Shown in pieces: positions 53,833 through 63,999 of a stretch of DNA of 64,000 nt (position 1 is the first letter of the stretch; each line of letters starts with the position of its first letter). The position numbers were made by a program, and so were the translations under genes. A model generated the notes under the pieces. The model was not told the origin of the DNA and ran no database searches. It saw only the letters and a list, made by a program, of their open reading frames with translations. The stretch is from Myxococcales bacterium (GTDB lineage: Bacteria > Myxococcota_A > UBA9042 > JABWCM01 > BTVJ01), in contig BTVJ01000033.1 of NCBI GenBank assembly GCA_045863395.1, positions 1 to 64,000 on the forward strand. Direction: 5' to 3'.

Positions 53833-56244
53833 ATGAAGCAGAACACGAAGCAGGGAGCGAAGGCCGCCCAAAGCCCAAAGAACCTCGCCGGGTTGGGTAT
53901 GCCGGCGTGGCTCCAGCCCCTCGCGTCGTCCTCCTTTGCACAGGGGCAGACTCTCACCTGTCCGGCGGGGCCGACCGCGGGGGCTCCGCTGCTTCAGCCC
54001 GGGACGCAGGCGGGGTTCGCGGGGGGCGGGCTCGGCGGTGGGGGCGGCAAGGGTCTCGGGGGCGCGCCCAAGCCCGTCTCGCGGCCCGTGCTCTTGGAGC
54101 GCATGGCGCACACCTACGCCTACGAGAAGCAGGTGTCGACGGAGGACGCCGCCGCCCTCGCCGACGCCGGCTATGTGGCCTCGGCCCCTGAGCGCGGGTC
54201 CGCTGGGTTCGCGATGATGCGCTTCGTGCCGACGCGGCCGGACGCAGGGCCGCCCGTGCTGGCGCTGCGCGGCACTCACGTGACCGATGTGAAGGACATC
54301 CTTGCGGACACCTCGCCCGAGGGCGTGGGGATCTACGCGTTCTTCGCGAACGAGGGGCTCATCGCGACCGCGTTGGCGGACCTCCAGGCACACGGTCGCC
54401 CGGAGGTCTGCGGCCACAGCTTGGGCGGGGCTCTGGCGCAGCTCACGGCGGCCCTGTATCCCGGGTACGTGTCGCACGTCACGACGTTCCAGTCGCCGGG
54501 GATTCCGCCCAAGTACCGGCAGATCCTCGAGACATGGAACAAGAAGACCGTGGCCTCGGGGGGCGCACCGGTGCTCTCCGACCACCACGTGGTGGCGGGG
54601 GACGCCGTCACGGGGAACGTCGGCGAGGCGCTCACGCCCGGCACGCTGCACACCTGGACCAAGAAGGAGCCGCAGAAGGGTCCGATGTCGCCTCTGCTCG
54701 CCCCGAGCATCACCGGGACGCTCATCGACGCTGTCGTGGACCCCGTCAAGCTGCACACGACTCACCCGGTGGAGGAGCACGCGACGGGGGGCGACTGGAC
54801 CGAGACGCAGGCCGACTCGTCGAGCTGGAAGGGGTCGAGCGTCAAGGAGTTCACCCGCATTCTCGGGGGCAGCGTCTACCACCTCTTCGATCTGGACGAG
54901 GACGCCTACATGAGCGGGTACCCCCCGCTCCGAGACCGGCTCGTCCGGGGGGAGGCCCTCGACTCGGTGCTGAAGGACGTCCCGAGCCTCCTGGCGGACA
55001 AGGGGGTCGAGCAGCGTATCGCCGACAACCTGGCGGCCCTGTCGAAGGTCTTGAACAAGCCTGCCGGTCTGGCGGGCTCCTCGGGCCCACAGATGTGCTT
55101 GGCGCTGGACGTCACGACACGCGGTGGGTTCCTCGCGACCTTGAGCAAGCGCTACGGCCTGAAACAGGTCGCGAGCGAGTCTCCCGAGGCGGCCGTCAAG
55201 ACTGCGAAGGCCGCCGGGCTGCTCCAGCAGGAGCGCCCGCACGACACCCTGACCCGGGCGGAGTCCGCGGCGATCCTCACGCGCATCTTCGGCCTCGACT
55301 GGAGCGCCGCCGAGAAGCAGACCGCGTACTTTGCGGACCTGGTCGAGGGCACCTGGCAGTTTGACGTGGCGCACGCCTGCCGCCGGTGGGGCATCTACCT
55401 CGGGACGAAAGAGAACCGCTTCGAGGCGGACAGGGCGATGACTCCTGGCGAGGCCGGGATCGTGCTGGACCGCATCGGAGCCCGCAAGAAGCTGACCTTC
55501 GCAGAGCAGAGCGCGCACCTCGCCGTGCCGGCGTTGCGCGAGCCCTCGAAGGTGGAGGCCATGTTGTCTGGCAAGGACCTGACTCCGGCGCAGATCGCGA
55601 CGCTCCGCGAGCAGATCAAGAGCCTCCCGAAGGAGCAGCGCCCCGATGCCTACCGGCGTCTGAACGCCCTTGTGGCGTACCGCAACCAGCGCAACAACGC
55701 GGGCGGGGTCACCATCCCCGACTGGATGTGCAACGTCACATCCCTCGCCATGGTCCTTGAGGGCCTCGGAGTCGCGCAGGACGGCCCGGGCCAGCACGAG
55801 GACACCCTGGCGAACCGGCACCGCGACGCGGGCATGAAGGGGACCATCTTCGACGAGGCCGGGCAGAACGCCATCGCGAAGGACAAGGGGGTGACGGGCG
55901 AGCGCAAGAGCTACACGGGAGCCCGCACCGCGGCGGGAGCGAAGGCGTGGTTCCACGAGCACGTCCTGCCGCGCTTCGAGGAGGGCGCGCAGGCCACCAT
56001 GTCCATCACCGCGTGGGGCGACGGTCATATCGTCCGGGTCCAGTGGGTGGAGGACCGCGGGGTGCTCGTGGACGACCCGTATGGGGGCGTGCAGAAGAGC
56101 AAGGCGGGAGGGTTCGACGGCTACGGCAAGACCGCCAACTCCACGTCCAAGGAGCGCGGCGACGGGACCTTCGGCGAGGACAACTTGTGGACGTGGGACT
56201 TCCTGGCGCGCGAGGTGAGGTACGTGCACTTCTTCACGAAGTGA
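53833..56244 (+). CDS. Lipase (GHSLG) plus SLH-like repeats plus C39-like peptidase multidomain protein
   Basis: LALRGT...GHSLGG...FQSPG; RPHDTLTRAESAAIL and GTKENRFEADRAMTPGEA; YRNQRNN...CNVTSLAM...GHIV...DDPYG. Confidence 0.75.
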   Translation: MKQNTKQGAKAAQSPKNLAGLGMPAWLQPLASSSFAQGQTLTCPAGPTAGAPLLQPGTQAGFAGGGLGGGGGKGLGGAPKPVSRPVLLERMAHTYAYEKQVSTEDAAALADAGYVASAPERGSAGFAMMRFVPTRPDAGPPVLALRGTHVTDVKDILADTSPEGVGIYAFFANEGLIATALADLQAHGRPEVCGHSLGGALAQLTAALYPGYVSHVTTFQSPGIPPKYRQILETWNKKTVASGGAPVLSDHHVVAGDAVTGNVGEALTPGTLHTWTKKEPQKGPMSPLLAPSITGTLIDAVVDPVKLHTTHPVEEHATGGDWTETQADSSSWKGSSVKEFTRILGGSVYHLFDLDEDAYMSGYPPLRDRLVRGEALDSVLKDVPSLLADKGVEQRIADNLAALSKVLNKPAGLAGSSGPQMCLALDVTTRGGFLATLSKRYGLKQVASESPEAAVKTAKAAGLLQQERPHDTLTRAESAAILTRIFGLDWSAAEKQTAYFADLVEGTWQFDVAHACRRWGIYLGTKENRFEADRAMTPGEAGIVLDRIGARKKLTFAEQSAHLAVPALREPSKVEAMLSGKDLTPAQIATLREQIKSLPKEQRPDAYRRLNALVAYRNQRNNAGGVTIPDWMCNVTSLAMVLEGLGVAQDGPGQHEDTLANRHRDAGMKGTIFDEAGQNAIAKDKGVTGERKSYTGARTAAGAKAWFHEHVLPRFEEGAQATMSITAWGDGHIVRVQWVEDRGVLVDDPYGGVQKSKAGGFDGYGKTANSTSKERGDGTFGEDNLWTWDFLAREVRYVHFFTK

Positions 56245-56422
56245 GGCGGGGCGCCACGGTTCTCTCGCCTCGCGGGGTCCGGCGGACGCGGCTCGCGGGT
56301 TTGGGCACCGGGGGCGACCTTCTCCCACCCGGTGAGGCATGAGGGCAGACTCCCGAAGTGGTCGCGGAGGTCGCCCGGAGGGGTCTGAGCAGCGAGTCGC
56401 GGCTCGACGAGGAGAAGACGCG

Positions 56423-59400
56423 ATGGCAGGCGTAACGCGAAGGTTGGTCTCAGTCGCCCTGGGAGCCGCACTGTCCTTGGCGGCGGCGTCCGGGCGAGCG
56501 GTGCCGACGCAGATCCCCTACCGCGGTGATCTGACCTACTCAGACGGGACTCCTTACGACGGCGAGGTCACCCTCTCGGTGGCGCTCTACGCGTCTGAGA
56601 CCGGCGGAGCTCCGGTGTGGGGCCCGTCAGAGTATACGGAGGTGGAGGTGGAGAGCGGAGCGCTGGAGGTCGTGATGGGCGCTCCTCCCGGGCCGCCGCT
56701 GGACGCCTCGCTCCTGCCGCCCGGCGGTCTCTGGATCGAGCTGGCCGTCGATGGGACCACGCTGGAGCCCAGACAGCGCGTGCTGTCCGCGGCCTACGCG
56801 CTGCTGGCCGGCGACGCCGAGCGCCTCGGTGGCGAGGACGCGAGCGCGTTCGCGACCCACGACGACGTCGCCGCCCAGGGCTTCCTGACGCCCGCGGCGG
56901 TGGGAGCCGTGGCCCTGAGCGGCGCCTACGCGGACCTGATGGATGCGCCCGACCTGGGGGCCTACCTGAGGGCGGACGGCACCACCCCGCTGGCCGGGCC
57001 CTGGAGTCTGGGTGGACATTCGCTGAGCGGCGTCGTCATTGGCGGGGGCCCCGTCCCCCTGGGAGCCGCGGCGGGCCAGCTCTGGTGGGACTCCGGTGCG
57101 GCCGTCATGAAGATCTACAACGGCACGGCCTGGCTCCCCGTCAGCGGCGAGGCGGGCGGGGGCGGCATCGCCTCGGCGCTCCAGTGCTCCGGTTGTGTCG
57201 ACGAGGGGGCCCTGTCCTTCGCCCTCGCGGCCGTGGCAAAGAGCGGCGCGTACGCGGACCTGGCCGGCGCGCCGGTGCTCGCGTCCGTGGCGACGAGCGG
57301 CGCCTACGCGGACCTCTCCGGCGCGCCCAGCCTCGACGCCTACGCGACGAAGGCGAGCCTCGCGTCCGTGGCGACGAGCGGCGCCTACGCGGACCTCTCC
57401 GGCGCGCCCAGCCTCGACGCCTACGCGACGAAGGCGAGCCTCGCGTCCGTGGCGACGAGCGGCGCCTACGTGGACCTCTCCGGCGCCCCGGATCCCGCCG
57501 CCTTCGCGCTCGTCTCGGACGTGGCGCCGGTCTGCTGGTCGGGCAACTGGGCCGACCTGAGCGGAGCGCCAGACCTGGCCGCGTACCTCAGGGCCGACGG
57601 GAGCGTCGCGCTGACCGGGGACCTGGACGTGGCGGGCCATCGCCTCGTCGCCGCGGCGGTCGACTCGGGCCCTTCCCCGCCGCCTGGTCCCGCCAAGGGC
57701 CAGCTCTGGTACGACACGGGCACGAGCCGGCTCCGGGTGTGGTCAGGGGTCGCCTGGGGCTCGGCGGGCGGTGAGGGCGGGTCCACGGATCTACCTCCCG
57801 ACGGGCTGGAGGCCGTCTCCAACGGCACGCTCTCGAACCTCATCGACCGCTCCTGGCCGGCGCCCGGGCTCCCGGCGCCCATCGGCGAGTCGGTGGAGGC
57901 GACCATCCTCGTCACCGACAAGGGCGTCCTGCGCGACATCACGCTCTTCGTCGCCGTCACGCACCCCTTCGTCCCGGAGCTCGAGGTCCGCCTCTTTCCC
58001 CCCGGAGGCTCGGACAGCTTCCTCCTGCTTCCTCCCAACGGCGCGATGGGCTCCTCCGTCAACCTCACGGTCACCCAGAGCACGCTGCTTCCCGGAGGCA
58101 TGACCCTCGGTCTCCTCCTGGAGAGCGAGCAGCAGGGCCCATGGGTCGTCCGCGTCACGGACACCGTGATCAACGGCAACGAGGGCCCCGGCCAGCTCGT
58201 CTCCGCTTCATTGGCGCTCCGCTTTCTGTCGGACTCCGAGGTCGCCGTGCCGGGCAAGCTGGCGGTCTCCGGGACTGTGGGTGTCTCGGGGGCATTGGAT
58301 GTGTCGGGCACCTTGATGGTGAACGCGGTCCGAGACTCCGCCTTCTGCGACGGGACCAACAACGGCGCGCTCTGGATGGATCCCACGGACTGGACGCTGC
58401 ACGCCTGTGTGGCAAAGGAGAAGGTGGCGATCTACTCCAGCGTGGCGACCCAACAGTGGGCACCGAACCGCAAGCACTATGTCTTCACGACCAGCGCGAC
58501 GTACAGCGGCGACCTGGGTGGAGTGGCGGGCGCCGATGCCAAGTGCCAGCAGGCGGGCTCCGAGGGCTCGCTGAGCGCGTCCCTGGCCCCGGGCGCGTCG
58601 TGGAAGGCTCTGCTCTCCTCGAAGACGGAGGGAGTCAATGCCGCGGACCGGTTGGACATCGTCGAGAAGGTACTGACTCTGAAGGGCATCGCTGTAGCGA
58701 GCGGCAAGGCAGACCTGTTCGACGGCTCGATCAGCTCGAAGATTGCGGCGAGCACGGAGCTGGGCACTGACGTCTCGGGAGATGAGGTCTGGACCGGGTC
58801 GCAGACCGACGGCAAGCACCAGGGCACCGCCAACGACTGCGCCGGATGGACCAGCGTGTCCACGTCCGCGGACGGGATGGTCGGGCTGACCAGCAGCACG
58901 AACAGCGCATGGATCGCCTACTCGAATACCACCGGGTCCTGTGCCAACCTGCGGCGGCTCTATTGCGTCTCCAGCCTCGTGGATGACTCCACGGACGCCC
59001 CAAAGGTGCACACGGGTGTGGCACCCCTCCAGGTGTGCCCGACGTCCGGGGCTGCGTGCCTTGGGAAGTATGTCTCGTCCGCGGGCACGACCAGGCAGGA
59101 CGCAACCTTCTATTACGAAAAGACCACCGTGTCGACCGGCCTCGGCTCGGTCAAGGTGTACGGGACGTGCTCGAACACGCTCAAGCTCGCGACGACCACC
59201 GGGACATCCTATTACACCGGCTCAGACTGCCAGGGAAGCGAGTACACGAGCACATCGACGAGCGCGTACGCCTACCGTGCGAGCGACGGCGTGATCTGCC
59301 ACGCGACCAGCTCGACATCGATCTCGGTCGCGAGCACGAAGACCGGCGCCGGTTGCGTGAACACCACGACCAGCATGTCGGGCTACCTCGTGTCGGGCGA

Positions 59401-59428
59401 CGTCAATCAGCTCTACGAGGTCCGCTGA
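56423..59428 (+). CDS. Secreted fibre-like adhesin, paralog of the DGR target, with a DUF1554/endostatin-like tip
   Basis: Same IPYRGxLTY, LEPRQRVLS, WLPVSGEAGGGG...ALQCSGCVDE, VATSGAYADL and P-domain modules; tip YVFTTSATYSGDLGGVAGADAKC...WKALLS...VWTGS...RLYC. Confidence 0.82.
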   Translation: MAGVTRRLVSVALGAALSLAAASGRAVPTQIPYRGDLTYSDGTPYDGEVTLSVALYASETGGAPVWGPSEYTEVEVESGALEVVMGAPPGPPLDASLLPPGGLWIELAVDGTTLEPRQRVLSAAYALLAGDAERLGGEDASAFATHDDVAAQGFLTPAAVGAVALSGAYADLMDAPDLGAYLRADGTTPLAGPWSLGGHSLSGVVIGGGPVPLGAAAGQLWWDSGAAVMKIYNGTAWLPVSGEAGGGGIASALQCSGCVDEGALSFALAAVAKSGAYADLAGAPVLASVATSGAYADLSGAPSLDAYATKASLASVATSGAYADLSGAPSLDAYATKASLASVATSGAYVDLSGAPDPAAFALVSDVAPVCWSGNWADLSGAPDLAAYLRADGSVALTGDLDVAGHRLVAAAVDSGPSPPPGPAKGQLWYDTGTSRLRVWSGVAWGSAGGEGGSTDLPPDGLEAVSNGTLSNLIDRSWPAPGLPAPIGESVEATILVTDKGVLRDITLFVAVTHPFVPELEVRLFPPGGSDSFLLLPPNGAMGSSVNLTVTQSTLLPGGMTLGLLLESEQQGPWVVRVTDTVINGNEGPGQLVSASLALRFLSDSEVAVPGKLAVSGTVGVSGALDVSGTLMVNAVRDSAFCDGTNNGALWMDPTDWTLHACVAKEKVAIYSSVATQQWAPNRKHYVFTTSATYSGDLGGVAGADAKCQQAGSEGSLSASLAPGASWKALLSSKTEGVNAADRLDIVEKVLTLKGIAVASGKADLFDGSISSKIAASTELGTDVSGDEVWTGSQTDGKHQGTANDCAGWTSVSTSADGMVGLTSSTNSAWIAYSNTTGSCANLRRLYCVSSLVDDSTDAPKVHTGVAPLQVCPTSGAACLGKYVSSAGTTRQDATFYYEKTTVSTGLGSVKVYGTCSNTLKLATTTGTSYYTGSDCQGSEYTSTSTSAYAYRASDGVICHATSSTSISVASTKTGAGCVNTTTSMSGYLVSGDVNQLYEVR
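57278..57487 (+). repeat. 81-bp coding tandem repeat (27 aa), about 2.6 copies, first two identical
   Basis: Units start at 57278, 57359 and 57440. Confidence 0.9.
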
Positions 59429-59436
59429 CTGGCGCC

Positions 59437-60225
59437 CTACAGATCTCCGATCCGCCGCTGCGCCCGCGCCAGCATCTCCGTCCCGATGAGCAACAGAGAC
59501 GCCCGGATCGTGCGCGCCACTGGGAGCTGAGACTCTCTCTGCATGAGCGAGTGATCGATCACCAACGGAATCTCGAAGATCTTGGGCATCAAGGGCCGGA
59601 GCTTGAGGATCAGCTCCGGGACCGCCTCGAAGCCGCGGCGCGTGATGAGCCCCTCGGACCCATACCGATCAATCGCCCGCTGGAGAGTCCCGCCGCGCAT
59701 CCCGCGGACCAGGTTCGTGTAGTCTCGCAGGGTGTGGATGCTGAACAGCCCAGAATACAGCACATTGGCCCCGCGGCTCAGCACCCTTCGATGGAGCGGC
59801 ACCCCCCGGAAGCCCTCCTCGTCCGCCAGAGGCGTGGCCACAGCGAAGTCGTAGCCGCTCAGGATGGCCCTCACGAGCTCCGGCAGGACGCTCGCCGGCT
59901 GGGTGCCGTCGGACTCGGTGGTCAGGACCACGTCGTTCGCCCCGACCCTCTTCGCGGCGGCGACCAGCCCCGTGCGCAGCGCGCGCCCCAGGCCCTGGTT
60001 GCCGTCGTGGCGCTCCAAGACCACGGGAAGCTCCCCCATGACCGACTCGACGATGGCGGCGGTGTTGTCATGGCTGCCGTCGTCGACGACCAGCAGCTCG
60101 TGGTCCAGGAAGCCGGCGCGGTCCAGCTCGTCGTGGACCTCGTGGAGCACCCGGGCGATGACGGCCGCCTCGTTGTAGGCGGGCAGGACGACGATGACGC
60201 GCGCAGTCTCTCTCGTGGCGGCCAT
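59437..60225 (-). CDS. GT2-family glycosyltransferase (Dpm1-like)
   Basis: VVLPAYNEA, VVDDGSHDNT, NQGLGRAL; AAGGAGG RBS before ATG 60225. Confidence 0.85.
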   Translation of the reverse strand: MAATRETARVIVVLPAYNEAAVIARVLHEVHDELDRAGFLDHELLVVDDGSHDNTAAIVESVMGELPVVLERHDGNQGLGRALRTGLVAAAKRVGANDVVLTTESDGTQPASVLPELVRAILSGYDFAVATPLADEEGFRGVPLHRRVLSRGANVLYSGLFSIHTLRDYTNLVRGMRGGTLQRAIDRYGSEGLITRRGFEAVPELILKLRPLMPKIFEIPLVIDHSLMQRESQLPVARTIRASLLLIGTEMLARAQRRIGDL

Positions 60226-60327
60226 GGGTGGCACCTCCTTGCGGCGCCGATTCTACTCGGCGCCGAGGCGATTACCAGTGGCCACCAGAGGGCTTCCGCT
60301 CGACGGTTGCGTCGCGGTCCCTCCGTC

Positions 60328-63300
60328 TCACGCCTCCGCCACGTCGTCGGGGATCGCGATGCCCAGCGCCTTGCGCAGCGCGTGGTAGCGCGGCGCGATG
60401 GCGTAGCGCACGAGGTCGCGGGTCTTCTCTTTCACGGTGAGCTTCGACGGGGACCAGGGCTCGGCCTCCAGGCACTCGATGGCCACCTCGATGTCGTTGC
60501 ACAACAGGAGGCCCGCGTGGTTGGCGGTCATCTCCACCTGGGCCTGCCAGGCCGCCACGTCGGGGCGCACTCCCGTCCGGAACAAGAGCTCCGCCTGGGG
60601 CCGCAGCGCCGCGCGGTCCGCCTCGCCCATGCTCCTCCCCAGGGCACGGAACCAGTCCTGGACCGCCTCCGGCGCGTGAACGACCTGGTGCTCGTTGCCG
60701 GTGAGCAGCAGGTAGGCCGCCTCCAGCGCCGCCTGGAGCTGCGCCGGCGGCAGCGCCGTCGCCACCCGGTGCGGCAGGTGCAGGTACGCCATCGCCTTGC
60801 CCAGCGTGAAGCGCAGCCGCTTGCCCTTGAGGCCGTCGTGCACGTCCGGCCCCAACAGGTACGCCGGCGCCGGCATGTGCAGCCGCCGGATGCCCTTGGC
60901 CTGGGCCGCCAGGAAGAACTCGGGCTTCTCCACCCCCAGGATCTTGGGGATGGTGCCCGCGAAGCTGCTGAAGGAGGTGCGCACCCGCAGATCCACGTGG
61001 TTGCGATCCGTCAGGCGCAGGTCGTCGAAGTTGTCCGTGTCGAAGCGCTCCGGGAGGGCCCGGTAGACCCCGAGCAGCAGCGCCCCGATGGTCGGGTCCT
61101 GGCCGTCCGCGTACAGGTGCCTGGGCCAGGTGTCCTCGGTCTTGATGACGTGGGCCACCTTGAGCGCCCCTTGCCGGTGGGCCTCGTAGTAGGCCTGCTC
61201 GTTCTCGTCCGCCTGACCGAACAGCGACAGCACGCCGCAGGCGCACCACGCCGCGTCCGCCGCCCGGGTCCGTGTATACAGGCGCCGAAGTGACCGGTAC
61301 GCCTCCGCGCGCCCTCCGTCGATCTGAATGACCGTCTGGTACTCGGCGATGGCGTCGTCCACCATCGCGTCGTCCAGCTCCATGAGGCGCGCCAGGGCGA
61401 AGCGGGTGTCCGGGTCCGTCGGCTTCAGCGCGCGGGCACGCTCGAGCGCATAGATGGCCGGCTCGATCTGCCGCACGCTCGTCAGGATCTCTGCCTGGTT
61501 GCGCAGCAGCCGGAAGGCCAGCGCCTCCTGCCCCGGGATCTCGCCGATGCGCTCCAACATGCGCTCGTAGCTCTCCGCCTGCTCCTCCCACGCCTTGCGG
61601 CGCACCAGGATGGCGTCCAGCGCCTCGAAGGCCTCGAGCCGCAGCGGGTCGTCGTCCAGGGTCTCGTTGAGGTACGCGACGGCCCGCCGGTCGTCGCGCA
61701 GGTGGTCACGGTAGATCAAGGCCAACGTGAGCCGGTGCGACCCCTTCTTCTTCGGGTCCTCCTCCAGCTCGATGAGCCGCCGCAGGGTCTCGATGGCCTC
61801 CTCGTACTCCTGGGCGTCCAGGTAGAGGCGCAGCAGGCGCGCCGCCGTCGCCTTGCTGCCCGGCAGCGCGTTCTGCGCCTGCCTGTAGGCCTCGATGGCG
61901 GCGCGGATGTCCTTCAGCGCGTCGTGGGCCAGGTCGCCCGCCTGCATGAGCACGGCGCCGCGCTCCACCCGGTCCGGCACGAGCTTCGACAGCTCCATGC
62001 GGTAGCGCACCGACGCCGCCCAGTCCTGGAGGCGGTCGCAGGCTCCGATCAGGTCGCGGAGCACCTTCTCGTCCCCCGGAGACTGCACGTGGGCCCGCTC
62101 CAGCAGTGTCCGGGACTCCTCGGTGCTGCCCGTCTTCATGGCCAGCTCGCCCAGCGCCGTCTGGGCCCGGGAGCGCACGCCGTCGGGCAACGCCGGCAGG
62201 TCGAGGACGGCGGTCCACGCCGCGATGGCCGCGTCCACCTGCCCCGACACGGTCAGGGCCGCCGCCAGCCCCACCCGCGCGTCCACGTCGGAGGGCGTGA
62301 TCGCCACCGCCCGCCCGTAGGCGTTGGCCGCCACGTCGTGCCGCAGGACCAGGTCCGCTGCCCTCCCCACGGCCGTCCACGCAGCCACCGCGCCCTCCGG
62401 GTCCGCCTCTGCGTCGACGTGGTTGGCCCACACCTGCACCAGCGGGAGCGCCCGCGCCCCCTGCGTCTGCTCCGTGTAGATGGCCGCCAGGTCCCGCGCC
62501 GCGACCGGGTGCGTCGGGTCGATCTCGAGCGCCGTCTCGTAGAGCGCGATGGCGCGCGCCTCGTCCTTCAGGTGCTGCGTCGCCACCTGCCCGGCCTCGA
62601 CCAGCAGCTCCACCCGGCGCGCGTCCTCCGTGTGGCTGATGCCGTGGCTCTCCAGGAGCTGCGCCAGGCGAGACCACTGCTGACTCTCCCGGTAGGCCGA
62701 GATCAGCGCGTCCTGGACCACGGGGTCGCCGGGCTTGCGCTCCAGGGCCACTTCGAGCACCCGCGACGCCCTCGCCGGCGCGCCGAGCTGGAGCTGAAGC
62801 ACCCGCGCCTGCTCCATGAGCGCCGGGATCCCCTCCTCTCCGCCGAGCCTCTCCGCCCGTTCGCCGAGGAGGCCCACCACCTCATCCCACCGGCCGCCGT
62901 CGTGGGCCAGGTCGAGCAGCGCGTCCAGCAGCCCCGCGTCGTCCGCACCGACTGCCCGCAGGCGCCGCAGCAGGCCCGCCCGCGCCTCCCCGTCCAGGCC
63001 CGCCTCGGCGCCCAGCTCCAGGGCGTGCGTGAGCGCCGCTCGCTCGCGGTCGGTCCCCCGAGACGCGGTGACCCTCCGCATCAGGGCGTCGCGCAGCAGC
63101 CCCGCGTCGCCGGTCGCCCGCGCCAGCTCCTCGAGGCCGTCCCACGCGGCGGTCACCTCGGGAGCCACCGTCAGCGCGTGCTCGAAGGCCGCTCGCGCCA
63201 TGCCCGGCGAGCCCAGGTGAGCCGCCTGCAGCTCGCCGATGTGTACCCACACCGCAGCCGCCTCCGCGGGCCCCAACATGGCCGCCCGGGCCTGGTGGTG

Positions 63301-63999
63301 CAGCACCGCCTCCGCCCACCCCGCCGCCGACTCCGCCGCACCGGCCGCCCGCGCGAGCACGTCCGCCTTCGCTGCCCCATCGAGCAGGCCCGCGACCCGG
63401 GTCAGCACCCGCGCCCCGTCCAGCCCGTGGCCCGCCGCGGCGAGCGCCTCCGCATACAGCTCCAGGGCCGGCAGGTGCTCGGGCGCCGCCTCGAGCGCCA
63501 CGCGCAGGCGCTCCAGCGCCTCGTCGACCTTGCCCTCCTGCTCGAGCAGCACCCGCGCCGCCTTGCACGCAAGGTCCGCGTCACCCGCGACGGACTCGCC
63601 CCGGAGCGCGTCGTAGGCGGAGACCAGGTCGTCCCACCGCCCCGTGGCCGCCGCCAGGCGCTCGATCTCGTCGAGGCGCCCGGTTCCCTTGTCGACGTCC
63701 AGGAGCCTGCGCAGCACGTAGAAGGCCGCGTCCACGTCGCCGAGGCGCTCCTCGAAGACGGGCCGCAGGCGCCGGAGCGCCTCCGCCCGGGCCTCGTCCT
63801 CCGTCGCCGCCTCGAAGCGATCGAGCAGCAGGCCGGAGAGGCGCTGCCAGTCCTCCCGGGCCTCTGCGTCCGCCTCCAGCCTCGCCGAGGCCTCACCACA
63901 CGCCGGGTCCAACGTGAGCGCCGCCTCGAAGGTCGTCCGCGCCGCGATCGGGTCTCCGAGGGCGTCAGCGTACAGCGCCCCGGCCTTCAGCAGCGCCTC
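60328..63999 (-). CDS. Large TPR-repeat protein (myxobacterial type), 5' end outside the window
   Basis: Frame is open to the window edge; continuous TPR-like helical repeats. Confidence 0.85.
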   Translation of the reverse strand, partial: EALLKAGALYADALGDPIAARTTFEAALTLDPACGEASARLEADAEAREDWQRLSGLLLDRFEAATEDEARAEALRRLRPVFEERLGDVDAAFYVLRRLLDVDKGTGRLDEIERLAAATGRWDDLVSAYDALRGESVAGDADLACKAARVLLEQEGKVDEALERLRVALEAAPEHLPALELYAEALAAAGHGLDGARVLTRVAGLLDGAAKADVLARAAGAAESAAGWAEAVLHHQARAAMLGPAEAAAVWVHIGELQAAHLGSPGMARAAFEHALTVAPEVTAAWDGLEELARATGDAGLLRDALMRRVTASRGTDRERAALTHALELGAEAGLDGEARAGLLRRLRAVGADDAGLLDALLDLAHDGGRWDEVVGLLGERAERLGGEEGIPALMEQARVLQLQLGAPARASRVLEVALERKPGDPVVQDALISAYRESQQWSRLAQLLESHGISHTEDARRVELLVEAGQVATQHLKDEARAIALYETALEIDPTHPVAARDLAAIYTEQTQGARALPLVQVWANHVDAEADPEGAVAAWTAVGRAADLVLRHDVAANAYGRAVAITPSDVDARVGLAAALTVSGQVDAAIAAWTAVLDLPALPDGVRSRAQTALGELAMKTGSTEESRTLLERAHVQSPGDEKVLRDLIGACDRLQDWAASVRYRMELSKLVPDRVERGAVLMQAGDLAHDALKDIRAAIEAYRQAQNALPGSKATAARLLRLYLDAQEYEEAIETLRRLIELEEDPKKKGSHRLTLALIYRDHLRDDRRAVAYLNETLDDDPLRLEAFEALDAILVRRKAWEEQAESYERMLERIGEIPGQEALAFRLLRNQAEILTSVRQIEPAIYALERARALKPTDPDTRFALARLMELDDAMVDDAIAEYQTVIQIDGGRAEAYRSLRRLYTRTRAADAAWCACGVLSLFGQADENEQAYYEAHRQGALKVAHVIKTEDTWPRHLYADGQDPTIGALLLGVYRALPERFDTDNFDDLRLTDRNHVDLRVRTSFSSFAGTIPKILGVEKPEFFLAAQAKGIRRLHMPAPAYLLGPDVHDGLKGKRLRFTLGKAMAYLHLPHRVATALPPAQLQAALEAAYLLLTGNEHQVVHAPEAVQDWFRALGRSMGEADRAALRPQAELLFRTGVRPDVAAWQAQVEMTANHAGLLLCNDIEVAIECLEAEPWSPSKLTVKEKTRDLVRYAIAPRYHALRKALGIAIPDDVAEA

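Noticed and set aside
58300..59428. Paralog as a second DGR target
   Set aside because: No TR-like sequence is visible at its 3' end.
44000..59500. Prophage
   Set aside because: Fibre-like repeats are present, but no capsid, terminase, portal or integrase genes, and both fibre proteins have signal peptides.
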